From a virus, in the IMG/VR virus record IMGVR_UViG_3300048593_000672, positions 10,688 to 74,687 of that record: a stretch of DNA of 64,000 bases, one strand, 5' to 3'. Made by a program: the position numbers and the translations under genes. Below, piece by piece: positions 39,380-49,684 of the stretch. A model generated the notes under the pieces. It saw only the letters and a list, made by a program, of their open reading frames with translations, had not been told where the DNA came from and did no database searches. The first letter of the stretch is position 1, and each line of letters starts with the position of its first letter.

Positions 39380-39508
39380 TGTTTATCGCAAAACTAAAAG
39401 ATGGAACAACTGTGTCATTTCCAGAGGAAGATTTAGAAAGATTTTTTGATCAAGACGGGGACAATCTACAGCCACAAACCAAAATACTTAAGGCTCGAAG
39501 ATTGCCGA

Positions 39509-40162
39509 TTAACCCACCCACCCAAACTTAAGCTCTAACAAGGATTGATTATCGGGTCTATTCTGGCTAAACGAATATTCAAATGAGCATTTACAATTAG
39601 ACCGACAATCACAGCCTTCCCCAATATTTTGCAAAATTCCCTTTGGTTGCCACCCCAAAGCAGCATACTGGGGGCATTGAGCGCAGGGAACTTTACTATT
39701 CAAAATACGCCGTTCGTAAGTAGCACCAGCAAGAGAAAATCCTTCTCTTCGGCCTCTCTCAAACATTCCCCTCGCCGCCGCCGCATATTGATCTAACCTA
39801 GCCGTAATTTGATTCTCGGTCAATTGTCCCAGGGCCATCTCAGCACTAAACTTTCTTAGATAGCCATATTCCCGCCGCAATCGTCGCCCCACAATCCCAT
39901 AGTCCCGATACTCCATTTGACCCGCCCCCAACTTGTAAAGCTGTAAGTTGAGGTCTTTGATGTTCTGGGCTATGTCTGACTCCCATTCGCCTAAACTTAG
40001 CCGCCCCTCAAATAAATCAGTGGCGATCGCTCTATTTTCCTGCTGGTATTGTTCAATCTGTTTATTAACTAGATCTTTAATTGTGGCTAGTCCAACTAAT
40101 CGACCCGTTGACTTATTGCGGTATCGGAGAGTCCTTGGGTCAAATTCAAAATCAGTAACCAT
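39509..40162 (-). CDS. Minor capsid/head morphogenesis protein (MuF-like)
   Basis: RYRNKSTGR, CAQC, CDCRSNCKC. Confidence 0.7.
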   Translation of the reverse strand: MVTDFEFDPRTLRYRNKSTGRLVGLATIKDLVNKQIEQYQQENRAIATDLFEGRLSLGEWESDIAQNIKDLNLQLYKLGAGQMEYRDYGIVGRRLRREYGYLRKFSAEMALGQLTENQITARLDQYAAAARGMFERGRREGFSLAGATYERRILNSKVPCAQCPQYAALGWQPKGILQNIGEGCDCRSNCKCSFEYSFSQNRPDNQSLLELKFGWVG

Positions 40163-40197
40163 GTTAAAATGTGAGGAAACTATAGTTACTTAATATT

Positions 40198-40776
40198 ATG
40201 CCTTTTCCCCCTCCCGCCAAAATCAATGGTATTCGTGCAGTCTCCGTTCCCGGCCAACACTCAGCCCAGGTTTTTAACACTCAAACCCTACAAGCTGGCG
40301 TTGTCAGTTCTGTTAGCTTGACTCGCCCTTCCAATACCACCGCTTATACGGGTGGAGATGTGATTGGGATTGCCGATACAACGACTCCCGCTAATGCTGG
40401 TTCTGCCATTCTTGAATTTACATCCGTCGGCAACACTGGCGAGTTGATCAAAATCGCAGCCTCAACTTTTCAAGTCAATCTGTCATCTGTCCCCGCCAGC
40501 ATGACATCCTTCAAGCTCCATCTTTATAATGCTTCTCCTACAGCCATTCTTGACAATGCGCCCTTTGACTTGGTAAGCGGCGATCGCACCAAGTATCTGG
40601 GAAGTATTGACATTGGCACTCCGGCTGATCTTGGCTCTACCCTATTCAGTCAAGAAGATGCTGTCAATAAACTGGTTAAATTAGTCACCACATCTCTTTA
40701 CGGTGTAATTGAAACGGCTGGTGGTTACACTCCCGCCAGTGGAACGGGAATGACTGTGACATTAATCACTGGCTAA
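40198..40776 (+). CDS. Putative virion decoration protein on the opposite strand
   Basis: TRPSNTTAYTGGDVIG, Thr/Ser-rich beta protein. Confidence 0.5.
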   Translation: MPFPPPAKINGIRAVSVPGQHSAQVFNTQTLQAGVVSSVSLTRPSNTTAYTGGDVIGIADTTTPANAGSAILEFTSVGNTGELIKIAASTFQVNLSSVPASMTSFKLHLYNASPTAILDNAPFDLVSGDRTKYLGSIDIGTPADLGSTLFSQEDAVNKLVKLVTTSLYGVIETAGGYTPASGTGMTVTLITG

Positions 40777-41047
40777 AATCTGGCAGTTCAACTTCTTGAC
40801 AAGCCAATTTATGCGTTGAATCCGATAAAAACCGAATCCTCCCATCTGTCACTAATGAGTGGCAGATTTTTTTGGGTCTTGCTTTATCGGTAAAGTCAAT
40901 TTCAACTAATACGGAAGGCATAAAACTTGGTTTTTCTAGTGTTCCACTAAAAGCCCATTTACGAGTAGCTGTTGAGACTTCATGAATCTCCCCACAGCCT
41001 GGGCATTGGAAAGAGTAACCATTGTTTGTGTGTTGAACTTTAGCCAT
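40766..41047 (-). CDS. DUF6527-like Zn-binding protein
   Basis: FQCPGCGEIH, KPSFMPS, CHSLVTDGRI..DSTH. Confidence 0.75.
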   Translation of the reverse strand: MAKVQHTNNGYSFQCPGCGEIHEVSTATRKWAFSGTLEKPSFMPSVLVEIDFTDKARPKKICHSLVTDGRIRFLSDSTHKLACQEVELPDFSQ

Positions 41048-41052
41048 TATCT

Positions 41053-41631
41053 TTAACCCTTACTTGGTTGAACAGTGTGATCGCCGTTGTAACGTCCAGT
41101 TTTTTGATAGGAGACAATACAGCTTTCGTGAGAATGAAAAATTAATTGACCAATTCTCATCCCTGACGATAACGGAATAGAGCGGTAGCGAGAATAATTT
41201 TTAAGCTCAAGGGTTAATGCTGAGTTACTAAAACCAGCAAAAGCCCATACCGCTAACGAATGCCCAAGCCCTTGACGAGCCAAGGATGACTTAAGCGCAA
41301 ACTCACAGGAGATATTATTAGGTAGATTAAACCGCTCTTTTGTACAAGCTAAAACAAGTTCATTGGGGGCAAGATAATATTTTTTAGCCAAGTTAATAGC
41401 TAAAAAATCTGTTGATTCACCATTTAAAACAGCCCAAAAATTATCCGCTAACAATCCCCGCACTTGTAACCACCATGCTTTTAGTGGTTGAATCCATTTG
41501 GGAGCTTCAACCATAATTTTATCCCCCATCAAAACATCAAGACTTGCAGGATTAATCAGGCCGGGATTAAAAGGCTCAATTGCCCCAGTCCGTTCAATCA
41601 GTTCTTTGATCTGCCAATCAACTAAAATCAC
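41053..41631 (-). CDS. dcd: dCTP deaminase family protein
   Basis: INPASLD, KSSLARQGL, LTLEL, GMRIGQLIF, GRY. Confidence 0.88.
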   Translation of the reverse strand: MILVDWQIKELIERTGAIEPFNPGLINPASLDVLMGDKIMVEAPKWIQPLKAWWLQVRGLLADNFWAVLNGESTDFLAINLAKKYYLAPNELVLACTKERFNLPNNISCEFALKSSLARQGLGHSLAVWAFAGFSNSALTLELKNYSRYRSIPLSSGMRIGQLIFHSHESCIVSYQKTGRYNGDHTVQPSKG

Positions 41632-41853
41632 TTTTATTCCCCCCGTTCAGCGATCATTTGTCGGAGATAGTAAGCTAGATCAAGAGCTTCCTAGTATGCG
41701 TCAATCAAAGCATTGCGGCCATTGTGAGCCTGTAGAATCGTTCCATATTTTGCCAGACCCATAAACTTTCGATCCTTTATATCAGCCACAACCAAATCGT
41801 GAATAGAGAGATTGTTGTTAGGGTTTGGCTGAGGTTTGTAAACAGATAAATTT

Positions 41854-42039
41854 TTAGTCATTAGAATCATTGTTTTTATCCCTTGAACTTTGAGCTAAAC
41901 CCAGTGAACCAGCCAATGCAGCAGAAGCAATAGAAGGAGCGATCTTATCCCCCCACGGTGTAAATAGAGAAATACCAGCAAGAGAACAGCCGATTAGTGC
42001 TATTCCCATTGGAGTAAATGAGTTAATAATTTTTTCCAT
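41854..42039 (-). CDS. Putative holin (2 TM)
   Basis: Two hydrophobic segments, charged tail, overlaps endolysin end. Confidence 0.55.
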   Translation of the reverse strand: MEKIINSFTPMGIALIGCSLAGISLFTPWGDKIAPSIASAALAGSLGLAQSSRDKNNDSND

Positions 42040-42766
42040 TCAAAAATTTATTAGCTAAAGTGGCAATTAATCTAGCTTTGTCTAAGCCATTGATACATCG
42101 TCGAGCGTTGACAAAATCACGATTATTAATATTGACATAATCAGTTAACTTCTTGCCCGTAAAAGCCCCAGTCTTAAAGCCATGAACTAAGATAAATAAA
42201 GCTACGTTAGGCCCCATGGCTAAGTCGGGACTATTAACTAAATCAATCCCCAATAACTGACTATACTTTTGATAATTAGACCGCCATGTTAGCTGAACAT
42301 AGCCCCTGCCAAAGTAAGTCTTGCCAGTAATTGGATCGGGTTTGCCATAAGTTCGACCAACTCCTTTTCCATATTCAGCAATCGGCTTAAAGGTATTAGC
42401 TGTTTCATGCTGAACTGTTGCCAAGACATAAGCTTTTTGGGTAGTGAGTGTTAAGCCTTGGCGATCGCACTCAAAACGAATTGCTTCGATAGTTCCTTCC
42501 TTGGTAGAGAAGTCATGAGGAACTGATTTGTTTTTGTCAACAGCATCAATTAACTGCTTATAACTTGCCGGGCCAATCTGGTCAAGAAAAGCAGGATCGT
42601 GTTGATTGATAGACTCCTTAAAATCAGACCAGGCATCCAAAGTCCTTGGGCCAAACAACCCATCAACTATGCCACAATCAAAACCTAATTTATTAAGAGC
42701 AGATTGAACACCTTTAAGTTCGTCATTGCTCAACTCGGATAGTTTTTTGGGTGATGTTAAGATCAT
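42023..42766 (-). CDS. Endolysin: PG-binding domain + GH19-like
   Basis: VDGLFGPRT, AYVLATVQHET, YFGRGYVQLTW, ARRCING. Confidence 0.9.
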   Translation of the reverse strand: MILTSPKKLSELSNDELKGVQSALNKLGFDCGIVDGLFGPRTLDAWSDFKESINQHDPAFLDQIGPASYKQLIDAVDKNKSVPHDFSTKEGTIEAIRFECDRQGLTLTTQKAYVLATVQHETANTFKPIAEYGKGVGRTYGKPDPITGKTYFGRGYVQLTWRSNYQKYSQLLGIDLVNSPDLAMGPNVALFILVHGFKTGAFTGKKLTDYVNINNRDFVNARRCINGLDKARLIATLANKFLNGKNY

Positions 42767-43289
42767 GTTCTTTTTCTAATGCCTCCAAATTGTTAAATCG
42801 TTTCTTCCAAGTCATCGTACCAGACCAATAATGAACACCATCAATAAATTGTGTGGAACAGGTGGGGCAAACTTGAATAGCCATGCTTTAGTCCTCATAA
42901 CCTTTTGTTAGTTTACTACTAACTAAACTTAGTTGTCAAGCCACTAATCCCCTTCCACGCCCTTGTCTTTTTTGGACTGAGCTAGTCGGCGATCAAAATC
43001 ATCTAATTGAGCTTGATTAATTTGACGGATTAGCTCATCACTTGATGGAGTAAAGTCAAGTTTTTGGATTGGACGGTGTTGTTCAGTCATAGGAACTGGC
43101 CCAGCGTAAAAGCCCATAATCAATCAACCTCCACAATCTCAGCCCGTAAAATACTCTTAAAATCGGGGTTGGGAGGTTTTTCTTCCCACTTTTTAACAGC
43201 ATTCTCTAAGTCCGACTCATCACAATTGGCTTTACGCAAAAGCGTTGACATCGGAGGTAGATTCATCGCAGTAGGTTGAAAAGTCATTG

Positions 43290-44627
43290 TCAATGCCTCC
43301 CATTAGTTACTAGCAAATCAAAATCTTTAAGAGATCGCTGAGACACCGGCTCACTCCCAACCCCGCCCATATCCAAATCACTAATACCAGCAGCAGAAGT
43401 TTCATCGTCATTGGCTCCCGCTTGTCCCCCAACCAATGCTGACATATTCCATTGGGGCCAAACAATCCGGTAAAATTGCCCCGTCTTCCGCCAGAACTCT
43501 TCACCCCGCTTTAACTTGATCTCGGTGTCAATGACTTGCCGAATGATTTGGGTTAGAGCATTGCAGTATTCGTTGCGGAGTCGGGCGTGCTGAAAGGCTG
43601 GTTGGGCCGATAGCTCCCTAGCAGATCCCGTCATTGCCCCTGGGAACAGGTAAAGGGGCCAGCCAGGCAGCATCATCTTGAATCGCCATTGAAGATAAAC
43701 GTCAATGAGAGTTTGAAGGTTGGGGTTTTGGGAGCCAAGTTTTTTAATGTCAGCCCCAGGCAGCATATACAAGTCAGTTACTACACCATTCAATTTATTT
43801 GCTTCATGCTTTGTTATATAAGTCTCACGACCAGCACTATTCATTAAATCAAACGTATGGACGTTGGGATTGATACCGATGTCATTGGCGGCGATCGCCA
43901 AATCGTGAGTAATCTGCTTAAGTTTTGCCCAAATCCCAGTTGCTACGCTGGTCTTCCACTCCGACTTACCGTAAAGATGTTGCTGGTTACGCCGGAGGTG
44001 AATAATTTTCCATGCGGGGAATTGAATCGCCTCTTTATCATCCAGGTAACGACGTTGTTCAAACCCAGTCAAATAGCCATTATCTTCTTCCTTCCGAAAC
44101 ATCTCAAACGTAGGCAAAAACAATGTTCTTCCCACCGTAAAGCCAGACCCATCCTTCTCCAATCCAATCTCTAAAAAGGTATCGCCATATCCCAACCATT
44201 GCTTTAAAGCCAATTTGAGCTTATCCCCACCGATCACATATTCACCTGGCCAAGACTGACGACGGATAATATCAAGCCCGCAGTCGTAAACCCATTTATC
44301 AATCGGCGTAAAATCTGGCTTTTGGGCAGTCCCATAATTAAAGTCTGGTGCAATCGTAAAACCCTGATCATCCCCATCCGTAGAGCCGTAAACCGCATTC
44401 ACCGCAAGGGTTAGGGTGTGATCAATCTCATAACAATACTCGCAAGCCTCAACAATCTCCCTGGTAATCCCCCGCCGATCTTGCCGAACGATATTCTCTC
44501 CAATCTCCAGGTCATAACGCTTAGAGTGATCCAAGCCAGCATAACCCACCACTGACAAAGGACGTTGCGATCCATCAATACCAGCAGAGGGATTTTGGTT
44601 GGGCTTGGATTTTTTCTTTTTAGCCAT
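43290..44627 (-). CDS. Portal protein
   Basis: GDTFLEI, KIIHLR..LYGKS; between TerL and head genes. Confidence 0.85.
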   Translation of the reverse strand: MAKKKKSKPNQNPSAGIDGSQRPLSVVGYAGLDHSKRYDLEIGENIVRQDRRGITREIVEACEYCYEIDHTLTLAVNAVYGSTDGDDQGFTIAPDFNYGTAQKPDFTPIDKWVYDCGLDIIRRQSWPGEYVIGGDKLKLALKQWLGYGDTFLEIGLEKDGSGFTVGRTLFLPTFEMFRKEEDNGYLTGFEQRRYLDDKEAIQFPAWKIIHLRRNQQHLYGKSEWKTSVATGIWAKLKQITHDLAIAANDIGINPNVHTFDLMNSAGRETYITKHEANKLNGVVTDLYMLPGADIKKLGSQNPNLQTLIDVYLQWRFKMMLPGWPLYLFPGAMTGSARELSAQPAFQHARLRNEYCNALTQIIRQVIDTEIKLKRGEEFWRKTGQFYRIVWPQWNMSALVGGQAGANDDETSAAGISDLDMGGVGSEPVSQRSLKDFDLLVTNGRH

Positions 44628-44715
44628 AACAAAATTATAACCTACTTTAGTCCGTAGCTTGACAACTGTGATTAAAGTTGATAGGTTGATAACTAACTAA
44701 CACCAGCGAGGTAAA

Positions 44716-45099
44716 ATGACAGGAAGACGTTGGACAGAAGAAGAGGAATTTTTATTGGAGTCTTTAGCGGGTGAATTGCCAGTCCAAGAAATTGCCAAAA
44801 AGCTAAAACGTAACCGCAATGCTGTTGAAATGAAAGCATTTAGGATGAATTTATCTATTCAAACAGAGACGGATAACTGGTCTATAACAGCACTAGCTAA
44901 ACTATTAAATATTAATCCCTCAACAGTATTTGAATGGATCGCAAAAGGTCACTTGGGGGGGCAAAAAGTAGGCAGATCACGAACATCTTCCTACAAAATA
45001 TCAAAAAAAGAATTTAAGTTGTTCTATGAAACGTATGGGCCACGCAAACAAAGCCTTAAAAGACTTGATCCAGGCATCATCAACTTTTTGATTAATTAA
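44716..45099 (+). CDS. DNA-binding regulator (Myb-like + HTH)
   Basis: WTEEE..EIAKKLKR; LAKLLNINPSTVFEWI. Confidence 0.75.
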   Translation: MTGRRWTEEEEFLLESLAGELPVQEIAKKLKRNRNAVEMKAFRMNLSIQTETDNWSITALAKLLNINPSTVFEWIAKGHLGGQKVGRSRTSSYKISKKEFKLFYETYGPRKQSLKRLDPGIINFLIN

Positions 45100-45653
45100 C
45101 GGGTAAATTCGCCTGGTTTGCTGGTACTTCCGTGGTCTCGGCGATCAACTGTTGGTATATATTGACGCATCTGTTTTAGATAAGCGTCAGCCTCTCGCTC
45201 TCTTTCTTTTATTTCCCTCAAATCATTTCTTATGTGATTTACTGTTTCCTCTTTTCTGTATTGATCTTGACCAAGCTGTGTTATTTTTTCTCCAATTGCA
45301 ATCATTGACAGCCTAAATTCTTGAGAAATCAAATTAAATTGATTGATAATCTCTTGGCTAGATATTTTCAATTCAGAAGAAAAAGTAGCCCGATCATTCT
45401 GCCTTTGAGTTTCTAAGTTTTTTTTAGTATCTTCAAATTCCTTGGCAACTTCAACTTTGTGCTTGTCCAGTTCTTTTTGTGTAACATTTATGTCTGTTCT
45501 GATTCGTCCCATCCACAAAATAGCAGGAACAGAGACAATAACTAAGCTAATAAACGTCCCCGCCCACCACTCAAAAGGAAGTTGCAAGTTTTTCGTGCTA
45601 ACTTGATGCTCCTCTGTTGAGGGATTAACAGCCAAGTAGTATTGGTGTTGCAT
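45096..45653 (-). CDS. Membrane-anchored coiled-coil protein
   Basis: One TM segment then coiled coil. Confidence 0.55.
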   Translation of the reverse strand: MQHQYYLAVNPSTEEHQVSTKNLQLPFEWWAGTFISLVIVSVPAILWMGRIRTDINVTQKELDKHKVEVAKEFEDTKKNLETQRQNDRATFSSELKISSQEIINQFNLISQEFRLSMIAIGEKITQLGQDQYRKEETVNHIRNDLREIKEREREADAYLKQMRQYIPTVDRRDHGSTSKPGEFTR

Positions 45654-45655
45654 AA

Positions 45656-47236
45656 TTAAATATACCTATTTTGTCTTGACTGTTGAGGGAGATAACCAAC
45701 AAAGCTTGTATCTGAACTGATTATAATTGCATTTTGGGCGTTTGTGACCTGTTCATAAGCCCCAGTTGCCGAATCCACGATGTCATTGACGGTGGCCTTG
45801 AATAAACCGTCAAAACTTTCGACAGCCGATAAAAACTGGCTATTCCAATCCCCCCGAATCAAAAATACATGGCCCTGTTGTGCCTGAGTAGCTAAAGGGA
45901 GTGCTCGTTGCAGCTTGCTTTTGTCGGGTTTGATGGCCCTAATATCAAACTCCCTATTGATCGCTTGTAGTTCCTCCGCAAAATCACTCTCTAAAATTTT
46001 AGAACTGGCCCCACCCTCTAACTCATAGCGGATTTTGGTATTTATCCCATCGGCGATCGCCGTTCCCTTGATGGCCTCAAAAACTTCCCCCGCCTTTCGT
46101 TGAAATACCAGCAGGTCGAGAATGTAAATGTTTGTGCCGATCATTGCCATCAAACAACCCGCAGTTGAACAGGTCTTTTTCCCCGCATCCTCCCGACTGG
46201 TAGCAGCCAAATCCCAAAATCGAATTTTAATAAGCGGCTCACAGGGTAAATCAGCATAGTCAATGACTTTAAACCATTCACCACTAAAGACAAGACCAGC
46301 TTCATACCTGATTTTCCAGTTCCCGAATAGCAATCGTTGACGTTCAACTTCATGTAAAGCGTTTAAGTTGGCCAAGTATTCAGGGTTTTTGCGGAGAAGG
46401 GCGGGGTTGTCATAGATACTGGCGGCAATGAAAGTAAACGACTTAATCATGTCATCGTAGGTCACAAGTCCATTACTTCCCTCTACGATCGCCCGTAATT
46501 TCTCTTTATGTTCTTCTATTAATTCCTGTTTAGTATCTCCCCAGTAAGTTATCTCGTTAAATCGCAAAAAATACCTAATAACACCAGATCGTTCCATAAT
46601 GGGATAGCCAGTTTCAGGATGCCACCACCACTGAATAAATGACGCAACCCAACTATCAGCGTCGGGGTTCATTGTTGCCCTTACTTTTGGCTTAATCCCA
46701 CAGCCAGAACGGTTCCGAGACAACATATAGAAAAATTGATTTTCGTGAAAATGGCACAATTCATCAAACCCAATCCAACAAAATTGCGCTCCCTGATAAT
46801 CATAAACAGAATCCTCATGCTGTAAAGGTCTAAATGTTATTTCCGATCCCGTTGACCATCGCCAAGTTGGTGGTTTACTGGTAAATCGCCCCCCAATCTC
46901 CCGATAAAGTAATTGACTTTCGGAGATTAAACCACCAGAGTTTGTTAACTGAGGATACGATCGCCTAAAAAATACAGCGTTATAGCCCGATGTCTGTATT
47001 GACTTTTGTTTTGCAGCATCAATTAACAAGAATGCTGATTTCCCTGAACCTGCGCTTCCCCCCGTAAAAAGCACATCAACCGGACAATTAAACATCTCAG
47101 TTTGTTTGCCTGGTTGTGGCGGTGGAAGTGGCCATTCAACTTTTGTGGTCGCTGAAACTTTAGCCCTAGTTGACTCTAGACAATGCCTTCGCAATTTAGG
47201 GCTAAGTAGTTGGGATGGTGAAACGCTATTTGCCAC
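45656..47236 (-). CDS. terL: Terminase large subunit
   Basis: GGSAGSGKS, IGFDEL, RATMNP, FWDLA, NDIVDS. Confidence 0.95.
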   Translation of the reverse strand: MANSVSPSQLLSPKLRRHCLESTRAKVSATTKVEWPLPPPQPGKQTEMFNCPVDVLFTGGSAGSGKSAFLLIDAAKQKSIQTSGYNAVFFRRSYPQLTNSGGLISESQLLYREIGGRFTSKPPTWRWSTGSEITFRPLQHEDSVYDYQGAQFCWIGFDELCHFHENQFFYMLSRNRSGCGIKPKVRATMNPDADSWVASFIQWWWHPETGYPIMERSGVIRYFLRFNEITYWGDTKQELIEEHKEKLRAIVEGSNGLVTYDDMIKSFTFIAASIYDNPALLRKNPEYLANLNALHEVERQRLLFGNWKIRYEAGLVFSGEWFKVIDYADLPCEPLIKIRFWDLAATSREDAGKKTCSTAGCLMAMIGTNIYILDLLVFQRKAGEVFEAIKGTAIADGINTKIRYELEGGASSKILESDFAEELQAINREFDIRAIKPDKSKLQRALPLATQAQQGHVFLIRGDWNSQFLSAVESFDGLFKATVNDIVDSATGAYEQVTNAQNAIIISSDTSFVGYLPQQSRQNRYI

Positions 47237-47612
47237 CTAACACCGTAAAGTCAGCTTCCCCCATCTCCAACCCTGGGACGGGATTAATACCAGCAGAAGA
47301 AGGTTCTGTTATATCAAAGCCTGCTTCTGTCAGTTTTTTGTAAGCGTGATTGATTACCATATCTGGGTTGGTTGCAAGTTCCTCAAATGCTTGTGCGATG
47401 ACCGTTAAAAGCTCGTCAAATTGGGGGATGGCTTGCTCAATGTGTTCGTTATAAGTCTTGTCTGCCGCTTGCTCTAGCAGCGTTTTTACCGCCGACGATA
47501 GACTAACAATTTCGTCTCGACCATCATAACCCAATTCCCTTAAGGCAACTGATAAAGCACGATAGCCACTCACTTGACAACCTCCTTGATACGCTCTAAT
47601 TACTTTAATCAT
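47226..47612 (-). CDS. TerS-like protein adjacent to TerL (start uncertain)
   Basis: Overlaps TerL start; C-terminal motif shared with 48747 ORF. Confidence 0.45.
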   Translation of the reverse strand: MIKVIRAYQGGCQVSGYRALSVALRELGYDGRDEIVSLSSAVKTLLEQAADKTYNEHIEQAIPQFDELLTVIAQAFEELATNPDMVINHAYKKLTEAGFDITEPSSAGINPVPGLEMGEADFTVLGGK

Positions 47613-48139
47613 TTGACGTTTTAGTTGTCAAGCAACTTCAGTAGTCAACTGATTTTGGCATAGCAGCTTACCATTTGTCACCTTGCTAAAAAGTTGGAAG
47701 TCCAAAATCGCTCACAGCAGGGCTTGTGGGATTTTAGAGTCAAAAAAGTTGGAGCGGTTTTTGAACTTGTGACACGACCATTGATTTTTCCCGTTTCAAA
47801 CGGAACAACTCAAAACCCTTGCTGTGACTGATTCTTTAAGGGGGTTGGGGTCATCGAGAAAACGGCGTTTAGTCGCTGAAAGCATTACATGGCAAGACGT
47901 TGAGGGACATCGAGATAATCTACGACTCAAACTAATATCTTTTGCAGACTAATCAAGCTCAGTTTAGATACGACTAACAGCTAAACGTCTCAATATAGCT
48001 AAACGGGATTTAACACAGCTAAAACGCGATTCTATCCCCATCCCAGAAAGGATCGAGGGACAAGCACCAGCGAGAGGAAATTGGGGAGGGGGATCTGATG
48101 TACGAAAAAACTGATGTACGCACTAATGGAGGATAGGAG

Positions 48140-48520
48140 TATATTAATATAGTAGTATATATATGTTATTATTATTATTATTATTATTATTTATTATTAT
48201 TATTATTTATTATTACTACTCTTTTTCTCCCATTTTCCCTGTACTCCTGTTAGTATTGTTAGCCCCTCTGTTAGCTATCTCTATCCCTTACTCCATATAC
48301 ATTACAGTCACTTTTCTCTACTGTTAGCATCCTCTCTACTTTTTTTATTCTTTTTCTCTAGTATTATATTATGTACTTTATAGAACATCTGCTTTTTTAT
48401 TTTTTACTCTTAGTGGGGGGATGCTAACACTTACAGTTACACCAAAAATGAAAGCATTGCGGGGTAAGCACTTCAAGCTTTGTAATACAAATTACAGTGC
48501 TAACAGAGGCTAACAAAGTT
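48140..48520. repeat. AT-rich block A: TTA tract plus TGTTAG/CTAACA iterons (origin-like)
   Basis: TTA run ~48166-48215, clustered TGTTAG, then GCTAACA copies in inverted orientation. Confidence 0.6.
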
Positions 48521-48746
48521 TTCTAGTAAATTTGCTCAAAACAATACATTTTACTGTTTTAATGTTTAACAATATAACGGCGCAGTGGGAGAATTGACAA
48601 AAAACACGTAATTAACGTGTTGTACTGTAAGTTTAGTTTGCGCGTATTACAATGTTAATGATTTTGTCAATATTTGTTAGTCAACAAAATAGCGACATAG
48701 ATCGTTAAAATCTAGTCGCTATAATTCTTTCTGCTGGTATTTGTTA

Positions 48747-49475
48747 TTAATTATCGTCTAATTCAGCAAATTGGGTGTTGGACTGTTCTGGGAGCATTAG
48801 CGGCTCATTTTGTGATACAAGAAGTGTGGGATCGATGACTTCAAAGCCAGCCTTAGTGACTTGTTGGTATGCTTTATCAAGATCATTTTGACAGCCCAAG
48901 TTATTGATTAGGCTGACGCACTCCTTAAGTAAAACGACTGCATCCACAAAATCTTTCGATGGTCGGGCTGTAAAATGCTGGATTGCGGCCCTTCCATCCT
49001 CGTAAGTCCTTACTGTGTCCACGTTTACGGTGGGCATAGACGCAATTTCGTCTGCTCTCTGCAACAATTTGGACGTAATACCCAAAACCTTAGCTTGACA
49101 TTCTCTCTGCTGGTGTTCTCTCCAAGCAAGGTCGTCCTGTTGGCGTTTTTGCCAGTACGCTCGATGACGCTCCTGCCAACGGTAAACTTTTTCCCAATTC
49201 ACAAACGACACGCCAGCACTGCTTCCTTTCGGCACTAGGCGGCTATTCTTGAGATCTGGAGTACCTCCGTTCTGGTCGGGATTGTTTGCTGTTAAGACAT
49301 TTTTAGACTGTTCATCAGCAACATATCGCCGCCATGCCTGAGTTATTGACGGTTTAATACCTGGTAAAAAATATTTTTGGAACTTGATAAAAGCCTCTGA
49401 ATCTTCATCATCCTGCAAGTCCCAGATTGGCCACTTACTAAATTCTATCGGTTCTTTATCTGTTACTGAGGGCAT
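48747..49475 (-). CDS. Terminase small subunit-like protein
   Basis: WDLQDDEDSEAFIKF..Y, W...W.ER..AYW pattern; upstream of TerL. Confidence 0.6.
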   Translation of the reverse strand: MPSVTDKEPIEFSKWPIWDLQDDEDSEAFIKFQKYFLPGIKPSITQAWRRYVADEQSKNVLTANNPDQNGGTPDLKNSRLVPKGSSAGVSFVNWEKVYRWQERHRAYWQKRQQDDLAWREHQQRECQAKVLGITSKLLQRADEIASMPTVNVDTVRTYEDGRAAIQHFTARPSKDFVDAVVLLKECVSLINNLGCQNDLDKAYQQVTKAGFEVIDPTLLVSQNEPLMLPEQSNTQFAELDDN

Positions 49476-49620
49476 ATTTTTGGGTTGTCTCTTTATACTT
49501 CCACTCTACCAAAAAAAATTTTATTACACCACTCTCTGGGGTTTGGGAGTTGAAATATCCCCACCCCCCAATCCGTACTAGTCGGGATTTAGCCTCGGGG
49601 GGGATATAGAACAAAAGCTA

Positions 49621-49671
49621 GTGCTAACAGATGCTAACAGTACAAAAGTTGGTGCTAACAGGGGCTAACAG
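49621..49671 (+). repeat. Four GCTAACA iterons in two 10-bp-spaced pairs
   Basis: gtgctaacagatgctaacag...gtgctaacaggggctaacag. Confidence 0.75.
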
Positions 49672-49684
49672 TTTTTTTGAACTA

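Noticed and set aside
49565-49605. Imperfect palindrome ATCCGTACTAGTCGGGAT as a solitary CRISPR repeat or cos site
   Set aside because: Resemblance to cyanobacterial repeats is from memory only, it lacks a GAAAC end, and termini cannot be inferred without data
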